Of a DNA stretch of 32,000 nt, positions 23,874-32,000 are shown piece after piece. The notes under the pieces were generated by a model. That model did no database searches. It was not told where the DNA came from and saw only the letters and a list, made by a program, of their open reading frames with translations. Made by a program: the position numbers and the translations under genes. Origin of the DNA: Puniceicoccales bacterium (GTDB taxonomy: Bacteria > Verrucomicrobiota > Verrucomicrobiia > Opitutales > JAIRLM01); the NCBI GenBank assembly GCA_031268315.1, contig JAIRXK010000028.1, positions 1 through 32,000 on the forward strand, given 5' to 3'. Each line of letters starts with the position of its first letter. Position 1 is the stretch's first letter.

Positions 23874-25238
23874 ATGGCTACAAAAAAACAAAGTAAAAAA
23901 TGTTGCATTTCGGAATCTCAGATAGATGCCTGCTACACCTACTGGCGAATTCGCTTGCTCTACACGCTCATTATCGGCTATGCTGCCTTCTATTTAGTAA
24001 GGCAAAATATGCAAATTGCCGCTCCACTTATGCTGAAAGAATTTGGATATTCAAAGACCCAGGTAGGATGGATTTTCAGCGCGTTTCCAATCATTTACGG
24101 CGTAGGAAAGTTTGTTAGTGGAATCTTTTGCGACCGTGTTAACGTGCGCTACTACATGGCTGGAGGCCTTCTACTGGCGGCCATGACGAGCGTCTTTATC
24201 GGATTTTCAGACAATATTTCCGGTTTTTTTTTCCACTTTTTGCACGTCAGTGCTAGCCCAATTTTCTTCATTGCCGTTTTCTACTCTTTGAATGGGCTAT
24301 TTCAATCGGCCGGCTGGCCTCCCATCGCGCGGCTCATGACCAATTGGTTTTCACCGAAGCAGCTGGGAACCTACTGGGGCATCGTCAATGCATCGCACCA
24401 GGTTGGCAGTGTAACCATTCTCATCGGCGGAGCATGGCTCGGCCAACACTACGGCTGGAAAACCATTTTCTTTATTCCGGCAGTCGTCTGCGTCTTTTTT
24501 TCATTTTTTCTCTTCAATCGCCTCTGCGACACCCCAGAATCAGAAGGATTGCCGCCGCTGCATGTCAAGGAGGGCATTGCCCTAGGAAAGGGAGAAAAGG
24601 CGTGCTCCAATGAGGACGGCCATGCGTCATTTTCTGAAATTTTTTTCCAGCACATTCTTCCCAACCGGGCTCTGTGGCTTGTGTGCTGGGCAAATTTTTT
24701 CCTCTACGTTGTCCGCATGGGATTTTTCAATTGGGCACCGACGTTTCTCCAAGAGGCGCGTGGCTCGTCCGCCATCGGATCCAGCTTTCAAACGGCATTC
24801 TTTGAAATTTTTGGACTTTTTTCAGGAATTGTTGCCGGGTACATTTCCGATCGCTGGGCCGGCGGCCGCCGCAATGCGGTTTGCTCCGTATTTATGGCCA
24901 TCCTAATCGTTTGCCTGTTTCTTTTTTGGCAAAGTCCAACCGATCATCCTGCCTGTGATACCATTCTTCTATCCATCATTGGATTTTTCGTCTATGGGCC
25001 ACAGACTTTGGCGGGAGTAGCCGGCGCTGAGTTCGGTTCCACACGCGCCGCGGCAACGGCCAATGGACTAACGGGTCTCTTCGGCTCCCTAGGCGCCATT
25101 TTTTCTGGATTTGGCGTCGGCCTTATCACGGACCACTTCGGCTGGAATTACGCAATTCTGTTCTATATTTTCTGCGCAACGGCAAGTCTTTTCTTCTTTA
25201 TGTTCAATTGGTCCCAAACGTCACAGCGCACCTCCTAG
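23874..25238 (+). CDS. MFS organophosphate:phosphate antiporter (GlpT/UhpT/UhpC family)
   Basis: 454 aa. YWRIRLLYTLIIGYAAFYLVRQNMQIAAP...GWIFSAFPIIYGVGKFVSGIFCDRVN and ...ILPNRALWLVCWANFFLYVVRMGFFNWAPTFL align closely to E. coli GlpT as I remember it. Confidence 0.85.
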   Translation: MATKKQSKKCCISESQIDACYTYWRIRLLYTLIIGYAAFYLVRQNMQIAAPLMLKEFGYSKTQVGWIFSAFPIIYGVGKFVSGIFCDRVNVRYYMAGGLLLAAMTSVFIGFSDNISGFFFHFLHVSASPIFFIAVFYSLNGLFQSAGWPPIARLMTNWFSPKQLGTYWGIVNASHQVGSVTILIGGAWLGQHYGWKTIFFIPAVVCVFFSFFLFNRLCDTPESEGLPPLHVKEGIALGKGEKACSNEDGHASFSEIFFQHILPNRALWLVCWANFFLYVVRMGFFNWAPTFLQEARGSSAIGSSFQTAFFEIFGLFSGIVAGYISDRWAGGRRNAVCSVFMAILIVCLFLFWQSPTDHPACDTILLSIIGFFVYGPQTLAGVAGAEFGSTRAAATANGLTGLFGSLGAIFSGFGVGLITDHFGWNYAILFYIFCATASLFFFMFNWSQTSQRTS

Positions 25239-25328
25239 GCTATGGCACGCTAAAATTTCAAAAAATGGGTGGCCACCCCCACCATTTGGAATCGCTCCAC
25301 GGCAAAAATAGCCTGCAAACCAGCGTTG

Positions 25329-26282
25329 CTAAAATTTGAACTCGATGCCGCTGCTAAGCCAAAGAAGATTTCTGTGCCCACCCACTATGGGAGCATTATT
25401 CCAATTTGTGCGCGACGCACCATTGGCGGCAAAGTGAATGCCCAAGCGAATGCCTGCTTGCGCATTGCACTTGTAAACTATATCTGCAGCGCAATTCGCA
25501 TAAATATAGCCCTTTTTAGTGCTTTTGTGCCCAGACAAATTCACCTCGGTCACACTACTCCCACCTTCTTCGCCTAAATTAAAAATGTTAACATTGAAAA
25601 GTTTCTCTGTGCCAAATGGGCACCTGGCAAGGTCATAGCCAACCTTTACTGACCCTTCAAATGCAAGGCGAGAAATGCCCGCATGGGCAAAATCATGGGC
25701 ATAAATTGCCGATGCATTAATATCCAATTCCTCCCTATCAAAGTCATAGGAAATGTGCAAAATCGGTAAAAAAGCATCTTCAAATGCGGCATCGACATAA
25801 ATTTCGTTACTACTCTTTTTAATTCTATAGCCTCCAGCCGTCGTCGCAGAATTGGAAAATTCCTCTAGATTAGTATATAGGTGGGCAGTGTAGCCGATAT
25901 CCAGAGTCACGCCATTCCGCAATCCGCAGCTTAATCCAATGTTGGGAGCAATTTCATTGGCAGATATGACATACTCCTTCGGCAAGGAACTGGGTCCCTC
26001 CACGGATACCACAGGCACTGCGCCGCAAACCCCCAATGAAACGGCATCATCCATTGGAAAAAGCAACGAACTTATACCCGCATGGGCATGGACATTTCCC
26101 AGGTCTGCCCCAACTTCAACGGACGCCTGAAAATTTTGCCGGCCTTCCCTGCGTCCGTGAATCACGTGCTCCGAATTAAATTTAATGTTTGACATCAAAT
26201 TAATCTGAAGAATATCATATGCATTTGCATCGCAGGTAATTGCAGCAAGTACAGTTGCGAAAGCAGCTATTATTTTTTTCAT
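25329..26282 (-). CDS. outer-membrane beta-barrel protein (porin-like)
   Basis: 317 aa. It has a signal peptide MKKIIAAFATVLAAITCDANA, alternating beta-strand-like segments, and a terminal ...SSGIEFKF with the C-terminal Phe typical of OM barrels. Confidence 0.6.
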   Translation of the reverse strand: MKKIIAAFATVLAAITCDANAYDILQINLMSNIKFNSEHVIHGRREGRQNFQASVEVGADLGNVHAHAGISSLLFPMDDAVSLGVCGAVPVVSVEGPSSLPKEYVISANEIAPNIGLSCGLRNGVTLDIGYTAHLYTNLEEFSNSATTAGGYRIKKSSNEIYVDAAFEDAFLPILHISYDFDREELDINASAIYAHDFAHAGISRLAFEGSVKVGYDLARCPFGTEKLFNVNIFNLGEEGGSSVTEVNLSGHKSTKKGYIYANCAADIVYKCNAQAGIRLGIHFAANGASRTNWNNAPIVGGHRNLLWLSSGIEFKF

Positions 26283-26480
26283 TATATTCTCCTTTTTAGC
26301 GAATTACTACAGTGAAATTCGAGTTAATGCATTTTACGAAATTACAAAATAGTCAAGCATGTTAAAATTTTTTTATTTCCTGAGCACTTGTCGGACTGAA
26401 TCCTACTTTTTCACCGGCGATTTTCCACTGCATTATTATTTTTCTTGGAAATAGAAAAATTTTCCATAGGACAACCTATG

Positions 26481-26569
26481 GGAGAGATGGCAGAGCGGTT
26501 GATCGCGTCGGTCTTGAAAACCGAAGTGCCCACTGGGCACCGAGGGTTCGAATCCCTCTCTCTCCGCCA
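26481..26569 (+). tRNA. tRNA-Ser (anticodon UGA), CCA encoded
   Basis: Hand fold. Acceptor stem GGAGAGA/TCTCTCC. Anticodon stem TCGGT/ACCGA with loop CTTGAAA. Long variable arm GTGCCC-ACT-GGGCAC. T arm GAGGG-TTCGAAT-CCCTC. Discriminator G followed by CCA. Confidence 0.93.
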
Positions 26570-26636
26570 AAAAAAGCATCGCTAAATTTGCGTCTTTCCC
26601 AGTTCAGCGGCGCCAATGGAACAAGCACAGCGGCCT

Positions 26637-28751
26637 TCACTTTTCGCAGTAGCACATGGTCTTTCGCTGCCTAAATTCGCTCTGCTTTCCATCATTCCAC
26701 TGCTGCACGGGCCGCACATAGCCAACCACCCTGGAGTATACTTCGCAATCCTGCCCACAGTGTGGGCAATTTTTTTGCTCGCCGGAAAGGTATCCGTGGG
26801 AATGACAAACGGAGAATGTTGGCGTAAGTGAAAAGTAGGGAAGTTTGTAATTGGATGTAATTTTTCTCACCAGGTTTTTCACCATCTGCGAGTCGGAGAT
26901 ACGCTCGCCGAGAAAAATGTGCACAACGGTCCCGCCGGTAAATTTTGTCTGCAAATCATCCTGATGATCAAGCAGGGCAAAGATGTCCTCCATGGAATCA
27001 ACGGGAATATGGATGGAATTGGTGTAATACGGCACATCCCCTCCGCCAAGGACATCCTCATTGGCAACGCAAATGTCAAGATATTTGGATTTATCCTTTT
27101 TTGCAAGTCGGAACGATGTTCCCTCTGCCGGTGTCGCTTCTAAATTGTAGTGATTTCCAGTTTGTTGCTGGTACTGTAAAATGCGATCCCGCATAAAATT
27201 AAGCGTATCCGTGGTAAAATTTTTTCCAGATTCCGTGCAAATATTCTTCCCAAGTAAATTGATACACGCTTCATTCATCCCGATGAGCCCAATGGTTGAA
27301 AAGTGATTTTTCCAGTAGCATCCAAAGCGCTCGCGGAGTCGATCTAAGTAAAATGATGTGTAGGGATAGAGATTGGAATCGGTAAATTCCTCGAGGCGGT
27401 TCCGCTTAATTTCCAAGCTATCTCTGGCGATATCCATCATTTCGGCCAATTGCACATAAAAGTCCTCTTTATTCTTGGATAAATAGGCGATGCGCGGCAT
27501 ATTGAGTGTCACCACCCCAATGCTGCCGGTAAGTGGATTAGCGCCAAATAGGCCGCCGCCGCGCTTTTCCAATTGCGTATTGTCAATGCGCAGGCGACAG
27601 CACATGGATCGGGAATCTTCCGGCGACATGTCCGAATTCACAAAATTAGAAAAATAGGGTATGCCATATTTTCCAGTTATTTCCCACAGGCATTCCAAAT
27701 TTGGATTGTCCCAATCAAAATTTTTTGTGATATTGATCGTTGGAATTGGAAACGTGAAAATTCGCCCCTTCGCGTCGCCATCAAGCATAATTTGAAAGAG
27801 GGCACGGTTAAACATATCCATCTCCCGCTGGAATTCTCCGTAGGTGCAATCCTGCATCTCTCCACCATAAATCACCGGCTCATTTGCCAGGTGATTCGGA
27901 CAAAATAAATCCAGTGTGATATTGGTAAACGGAGTTTGAAATCCCACCCGCGTCGGCACATTAACATTAAATATGAATTCCTGCAACGCCTGCTTCACAT
28001 CACGGAAACTTAAATTATCGTAGCGTATAAATGGGGCCAGCAGCGTGTCAAAGTTGGAAAATGCCTGCGCGCCAGCAGCTTCTCCCTGAAGGGTGTAGAA
28101 AAAATTCACAATTTGTCCGAGTGCCGTGCGAAAATGTCGTGCCGGATTTGCCTCTAATTTTCCAGGAACACCGCGGAACCCGCGGCGGAGTAAATCCGCC
28201 AAGTCCCATCCCACGCAATAGACGGAAAGCTGCCCAAGGTCATGCAGATGCAGCGCGCCGCTCTGGTGGGCCTCCCTAATGCGCTCATCGTAGACTTCAT
28301 AGAGCCAAAAATTTTGGCTTAAAGTGCTGGCAAGGTAGTGGTTCAGTCCCTGCAGCGAGTAGGTCATATTACTATTTTCCTTGACCTTCCAATCCGACTT
28401 GGAAAGGTACTCTTTGACGCGGCCAATGTCCAATTTGCGAATGGCATCCTCGCCCCGAGATTTTCTATCCCTAGCAATGATGAAGGCCTTCGCCGCCAGG
28501 TGAAATGGCGATTGAAGCAGTGCGCCCTCCATCAAAGCATCTAAGTGGCCATCGGAAACGCTTGCCAACCCTTCTTTGCAATGAAGTTTAGCAATGACAG
28601 TGCGAGTAAGCTCGTGCGCTTCCTTTTCGGCGAACTCTTCAGTTGCTCTGCCATACTGTAAAAATTTCTCAAAAATCTGGTCCTGCCGTTGGGAGTCAGA
28701 GCAGATGAATTTTAAACCTTCACGCAGGTTCTCAAAAAATGCGGTTCTCAT
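26637..28751 (-). CDS. nrdD: anaerobic ribonucleoside-triphosphate reductase (class III)
   Basis: About 704 aa from the ATG at 28751, with AGGA 7 nt upstream (the track start at 28772 is TTG). The C-terminal zinc/glycyl-radical region CPHCGQDCEVYSRVVGYVRPVQQWNDGKQSEF and the core motifs (NLEATPAEG, TGGTVVHIF) are typical of NrdD. Confidence 0.88.
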   Translation of the reverse strand: MRTAFFENLREGLKFICSDSQRQDQIFEKFLQYGRATEEFAEKEAHELTRTVIAKLHCKEGLASVSDGHLDALMEGALLQSPFHLAAKAFIIARDRKSRGEDAIRKLDIGRVKEYLSKSDWKVKENSNMTYSLQGLNHYLASTLSQNFWLYEVYDERIREAHQSGALHLHDLGQLSVYCVGWDLADLLRRGFRGVPGKLEANPARHFRTALGQIVNFFYTLQGEAAGAQAFSNFDTLLAPFIRYDNLSFRDVKQALQEFIFNVNVPTRVGFQTPFTNITLDLFCPNHLANEPVIYGGEMQDCTYGEFQREMDMFNRALFQIMLDGDAKGRIFTFPIPTINITKNFDWDNPNLECLWEITGKYGIPYFSNFVNSDMSPEDSRSMCCRLRIDNTQLEKRGGGLFGANPLTGSIGVVTLNMPRIAYLSKNKEDFYVQLAEMMDIARDSLEIKRNRLEEFTDSNLYPYTSFYLDRLRERFGCYWKNHFSTIGLIGMNEACINLLGKNICTESGKNFTTDTLNFMRDRILQYQQQTGNHYNLEATPAEGTSFRLAKKDKSKYLDICVANEDVLGGGDVPYYTNSIHIPVDSMEDIFALLDHQDDLQTKFTGGTVVHIFLGERISDSQMVKNLVRKITSNYKLPYFSLTPTFSVCHSHGYLSGEQKNCPHCGQDCEVYSRVVGYVRPVQQWNDGKQSEFRQRKTMCYCEK

Positions 28752-28944
28752 ACTAATCCTAGTGGTCGGCAACTACTGCCGATGGCACATATAGTACGTA
28801 GGGAGAGTAGGTAGTCTAGAAGAATTTATTCACAAAATTAAGATTTTTTTGATCTTGCCGCTAAATTTCACCCCATCAAATTTTGAAACGTAACCCGGCA
28901 GCAAGTTTCCGTGAAAACTGCGCCAAAGAATTGAATACCATGGC

Positions 28945-29433
28945 CTAGCGACGACCGGATAATCCTCGTTGCCGAGCCACCAATGCGCGCTGGATCTCCC
29001 TCTTTTCCACACGCTGTTTGAGGGCACGGCGCTTATCGTAGGCGCGCTTACCCTTGCAAATGGCGATGTCTAGCTTCGCAAGCCCCTTTTTGAGATACAT
29101 TCGCAGGGGAATGATTGACATTCCCTCCCTATCCTGGGCACTGCGTAATCTTTCTATCTCTTTGCGATGCAATAATAAATACCTCTGGCGCTTGGGCACA
29201 TGATTGGCATCCGTGCCGTGATGGTATTCGTCAATGTGAGCATTAATCAGAATGGGTCTGTGCCCATCGCCAATGCGAACGAATGCATCGGCAATCTGCG
29301 CATCCCCGCCGCGGAACGATTTTATTTCCGTCCCCTGGAGTACAATGCCAGCTTCGAAGTGCTGCAAAATTTCATAGCGGTGGCGGGCTTCCCTGTTCAG
29401 TACCTCCCGCGAATATGTGCCGCCCGAGGCCAC
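28945..29433 (-). CDS. smpB: SsrA-binding protein
   Basis: 162 aa with a GTG start. NREARHRYEILQHFEAGIVLQGTEIKSFR...LLLHRKEIERL...GMSIIPLRMYLKKGLAKLDIAICKGKRAYDKR matches SmpB throughout. Confidence 0.92.
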   Translation of the reverse strand: MASGGTYSREVLNREARHRYEILQHFEAGIVLQGTEIKSFRGGDAQIADAFVRIGDGHRPILINAHIDEYHHGTDANHVPKRQRYLLLHRKEIERLRSAQDREGMSIIPLRMYLKKGLAKLDIAICKGKRAYDKRRALKQRVEKREIQRALVARQRGLSGRR

Positions 29434-29444
29434 GCTTCCTACTC

Positions 29445-29672
29445 CTAAAAATGCGCCTGTTCGGATTTTGGCTTCGCACTCAGCGCATAGCTGACATGGC
29501 CTTCGATAATTTCTCGGAGAACAATGTCTTCTATTTCAAGGCGTTCCAATGACTGGATCAGCGGTTTATTTTTTTCATTTCGCAGCTGTTTTACCCTCTG
29601 CGATACCAAATTAATGAGTACATTTACATTAGGGATGGTCGCTAGCGCCCGTTTTATATATTTATCTTTCAT
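29445..29672 (-). CDS. rpoZ: DNA-directed RNA polymerase subunit omega
   Basis: 75 aa. NVNVLINLVSQRVKQL...IVLREIIEGHV follows the RpoZ pattern (N-x-x-x-L-x-x-x-x-x-x-R-x-x-Q-L ... A-L-x-E-I-x-x-G). It ends 11 nt upstream of smpB. Confidence 0.6.
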   Translation of the reverse strand: MKDKYIKRALATIPNVNVLINLVSQRVKQLRNEKNKPLIQSLERLEIEDIVLREIIEGHVSYALSAKPKSEQAHF

Positions 29673-29720
29673 CTCGCGAGGGTATGTTCAAAAACTTCAC
29701 GCGCCAGTGCAAGGAAAATT

Positions 29721-30731
29721 TCACTCTCCAAATATTTTTTTTAATGTATCAAAAAATCGTGGCCCGAGACTGATTATTGGGGAGTCATCCGCGGCAAGAA
29801 GCCCACGCCCCATGGCAAAATTCACCTGTCTTTTGTCAACGTAAAGCAACTGCGGTGCAGGGTTTGCGGGTACTTTAGCACGGTGGGGATGCCAAGCCTT
29901 TGGAATTCCATTCCACGTCCAATGAACATCATAGGCATTGGGTTCATTTGCAATTTTTCTACCCTTTCGGACCACCAAAGCCGGATAGCGATGCAAAAAG
30001 TCAGGAACTTTGTCCGCATAGATGCGTGTGATAAACGCCGTCTCTAACCTTTGCACGGCGGATAGCACATTGCATTGCCCGCGATTTTGCAAAATGGGCA
30101 GGGGATCAAAGGAAACCAAGTTTAGCCCATTCCAGTGTCCATGGTCATTGGGGGAATCGAAGTAATGCTCTCGATACCATTTTTGAAAGGCCCGTGGCGA
30201 TCCTAGGCGCAGGCCCATTTCCAAATGCAAATGGGCCAATTCCGGTACAATTTTCGCCGCATTGCTGCTGCGGCCCATCATTCCAATGCACTGCCCGCCA
30301 TGAACTTTTTTGTGAATTTTCACTTCCGAAGCAATTGATGCAAGATGGGCATAGAGTGAAAAAATAGGAAGCGGCAATTCGCCGTGTTCAATGACCACAT
30401 AGCGGCCATAGCTGCTTAAATTTTCGGCGTCATTTACGTAAACTACAGTCCCACTAGCTACGGCAAAAATAGGATCGCTCGGCTCGCCGTTTTCCAGCGG
30501 ATAGGCGGGACGAATGTCAATTCCTCCGTGGTAGCGGGTGCCATTTTCCCTTAGGAGCCCAAATCCACCATTGTCCTTTAGCGGCTCCGTTGGCTGGAGA
30601 TAGGACTGGGGTAGTTGTGGATTTCCATTGGGCGAGGGAAGATGAAAAATCTCCCCGAATAGGCTGAGATTGCCGGCATAAAGCAGCGAAAGCACTAGAC
30701 ATTTGATCTGCCTCACCGTGCCCATATGCAC
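29721..30731 (-). CDS. M23-family (LytM-type) metallopeptidase
   Basis: 336 aa with an N-terminal hydrophobic signal-like segment. The motifs are H-x-x-x-D (YHGGIDIRP), GTVVYV...GRYVVIEHG and H-x-H (LAHLHLEMG). Its start abuts the stop of the upstream phosphorylase gene. Confidence 0.85.
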   Translation of the reverse strand: MHMGTVRQIKCLVLSLLYAGNLSLFGEIFHLPSPNGNPQLPQSYLQPTEPLKDNGGFGLLRENGTRYHGGIDIRPAYPLENGEPSDPIFAVASGTVVYVNDAENLSSYGRYVVIEHGELPLPIFSLYAHLASIASEVKIHKKVHGGQCIGMMGRSSNAAKIVPELAHLHLEMGLRLGSPRAFQKWYREHYFDSPNDHGHWNGLNLVSFDPLPILQNRGQCNVLSAVQRLETAFITRIYADKVPDFLHRYPALVVRKGRKIANEPNAYDVHWTWNGIPKAWHPHRAKVPANPAPQLLYVDKRQVNFAMGRGLLAADDSPIISLGPRFFDTLKKIFGE

Positions 30732-32000
30732 CTAGGCAATTCTCTCAACGATGAGGTCGCCGACATTTGGCCGCTTCGGCGCAAGGCGAAACGAATTGCG
30801 CAAATATTCTAAGCCCGACTCTAAATTGCTTCCATCGTTATAATGAATCATCATAAGTGGTTCACCCTGCTTAATTTGAACACCAACTTTCATAATTTGC
30901 GAAACGCCAACGGAAGGATCAAATGTTCCGTCGGACCGCTCGGAAAGCAATTGGACCCCGCGGGCGATCATTCCCGCGTTGATGGTATGGATATATCCGC
31001 GCTTTGGCGCAGAGAGTTTGCGAATGTATTTTGCCTTGGGAAATTTTTCCGTATTATCTAAGTAGCTCACATCTCCACCTTGGGCTGCAATGATTTGCTT
31101 GAATTTTTCAAAGGCAGCTCCGCTGGAAATGCTCCGCTGCACCATCTGCTTTGCGGATAGGGTCGACCCCGCAACTCCAGCGATGCGTACCACTTCCATT
31201 CCAGTACGCAGTATGAGCTGCCGCAGGTCCTCGTCACCCTCCTCTGTTTTAAGAAAGCGCACTGCTTCTTCGATCTCCAACGCAGTGCCAACGGAACTTC
31301 CAATGGGCTGATTGACATCGGTCACCAGTACAACGCATCTGCGTTTGAACAGATCGCAAGTACGGGCAATGTTCCTTGCAAGTACCTTTGCCTGTTCCAC
31401 ATCTTTAATGAAAGAACCATTGCCCCATTTTACATCGACCACAAATCCATCGGCACCCTCCGCAGACTTACGGGCAAGAATACTTGCAACAATGAGCGAT
31501 GGGCATGGAATGGCAGCAATCTCCCTGCGCATTTTATAAATAACATTATCAATGGGAGAAATGGATTCATGTTGCTCCATAAATGCTGCTCCATTGCTGT
31601 GTAAATACTTTGAAAATTCCTTTAACTCACCTCGCCTGCAAAATCCAGGGATCGCAGAAAGCTTATCCAAAGTACCAATGAGAAAATTTTCATCCTCTCC
31701 AACCATAACGGGCATAACGACACCACAGGCAGCAGCTATGGCGGGAAGAATGAGCGGCACCTTATCGCCAACACCTCCCGTTGTATAGCTTGCCACCTTC
31801 GGAAGACTAATGGATGCTAGATTGAGAACTTCTCCCGACAGCATTAATTCCTCGGCAAGAATAGCCGTCTCATCAATGGTAAGCCCACGAAAATAGATCA
31901 CTGACAGCAGTCCGGCAAGCTGATGTGGCGGCAATTCTTCGTCGATTAAAGCATCTACAATGCCTTTTATTTCATCACGTGTAAACTCTTCACCATCACG
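30732..32000 (-). CDS. pyrimidine-nucleoside/thymidine phosphorylase family protein (5' end beyond window), divergent active-site loops
   Basis: The reading frame stays open to the window edge (...RDGEEFTRDEIKGIVDALIDEELPPHQLAGLL...). It matches DeoA/Pdp along its length (TTGGVGDKV, GTLDKLSAIPGF, SLIVASILARKSAEGADGFVVDVKWGNGSF, TDVNQPIGSSVGTALEIEEAV). The canonical HSTGG and SGRGLGHTGGT motifs are replaced by YTTGG and VGEDENFLIGT. Confidence 0.8.
   Translation of the reverse strand, partial: RDGEEFTRDEIKGIVDALIDEELPPHQLAGLLSVIYFRGLTIDETAILAEELMLSGEVLNLASISLPKVASYTTGGVGDKVPLILPAIAAACGVVMPVMVGEDENFLIGTLDKLSAIPGFCRRGELKEFSKYLHSNGAAFMEQHESISPIDNVIYKMRREIAAIPCPSLIVASILARKSAEGADGFVVDVKWGNGSFIKDVEQAKVLARNIARTCDLFKRRCVVLVTDVNQPIGSSVGTALEIEEAVRFLKTEEGDEDLRQLILRTGMEVVRIAGVAGSTLSAKQMVQRSISSGAAFEKFKQIIAAQGGDVSYLDNTEKFPKAKYIRKLSAPKRGYIHTINAGMIARGVQLLSERSDGTFDPSVGVSQIMKVGVQIKQGEPLMMIHYNDGSNLESGLEYLRNSFRLAPKRPNVGDLIVERIA

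Noticed and set aside
25265-25287. Hairpin between the convergent transporter and OM-protein genes as a bidirectional terminator
   Set aside because: The stem needs a bulge and has only short flanking A/T runs. It is plausible but not strong enough to list as a feature.
26616-26831. 71-aa plus-strand ORF after tRNA-Ser, and other ORFs antisense to nrdD, lpxD, cca, the giant protein and the transporter
   Set aside because: All lie inside and antisense to, or out of frame with, long ORFs that have clear family-level matches. No independent support exists for any of them.
28786-28797. CACATATAGTAC upstream of nrdD as an NrdR box
   Set aside because: It is only a single, imperfectly palindromic copy. 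NrdR sites normally occur as two 16-bp boxes at fixed spacing. The string is equally well explained as the -10 region (TACTAT) on the gene strand.

Overview
This is a 32-kb stretch of an AT-leaning bacterial chromosome. About two thirds is ordinary housekeeping. It holds a fragmented division/cell-wall cluster (ddl-ftsQ on the minus strand, divergent from rsmH-ftsL), lpxD, rpsT, cca, a dapF homolog and a LysE-family exporter. It also holds a GlpT/UhpC-type organophosphate antiporter, an outer-membrane beta-barrel protein, tRNA-Ser(UGA), anaerobic ribonucleotide reductase nrdD, and a minus-strand string of nucleoside phosphorylase, M23 peptidase, rpoZ and smpB. The gene content (LPS synthesis plus an OM protein, class III RNR, a giant pseudopilin-like protein, no ftsA/ftsZ after ftsQ, decaying IS elements) suggests a Gram-negative anaerobe, possibly a host-associated PVC-type lineage. 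That taxonomic reading is inference only. The unusual part is 6.1-15.5 kb. It contains two paralogous two-gene modules encoding coiled-coil proteins without signal peptides, from a family I do not recognise: A1/B1 at 6145-7708 and A2/B2 at 10605-13835. They bracket cca and a small protein with a two-helix hydrophobic hairpin. The second module is greatly expanded by near-identical in-frame tandem repeats, and both of its proteins end in Cys-x-x-x (CaaX-like). The first module instead carries MinD-like amphipathic tails. Next to it lies a decayed zone with a frameshifted IS5-like transposase, a 15-bp tandem repeat and an orphan phage-type PD-(D/E)XK nuclease. A 77-bp sequence occurs twice in inverted orientation, at 391-467 and 13984-14061. 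The first ~390 nt form a GC-rich non-coding island that may be a structured RNA. All homology calls come from reading the translations by eye; no searches were run.
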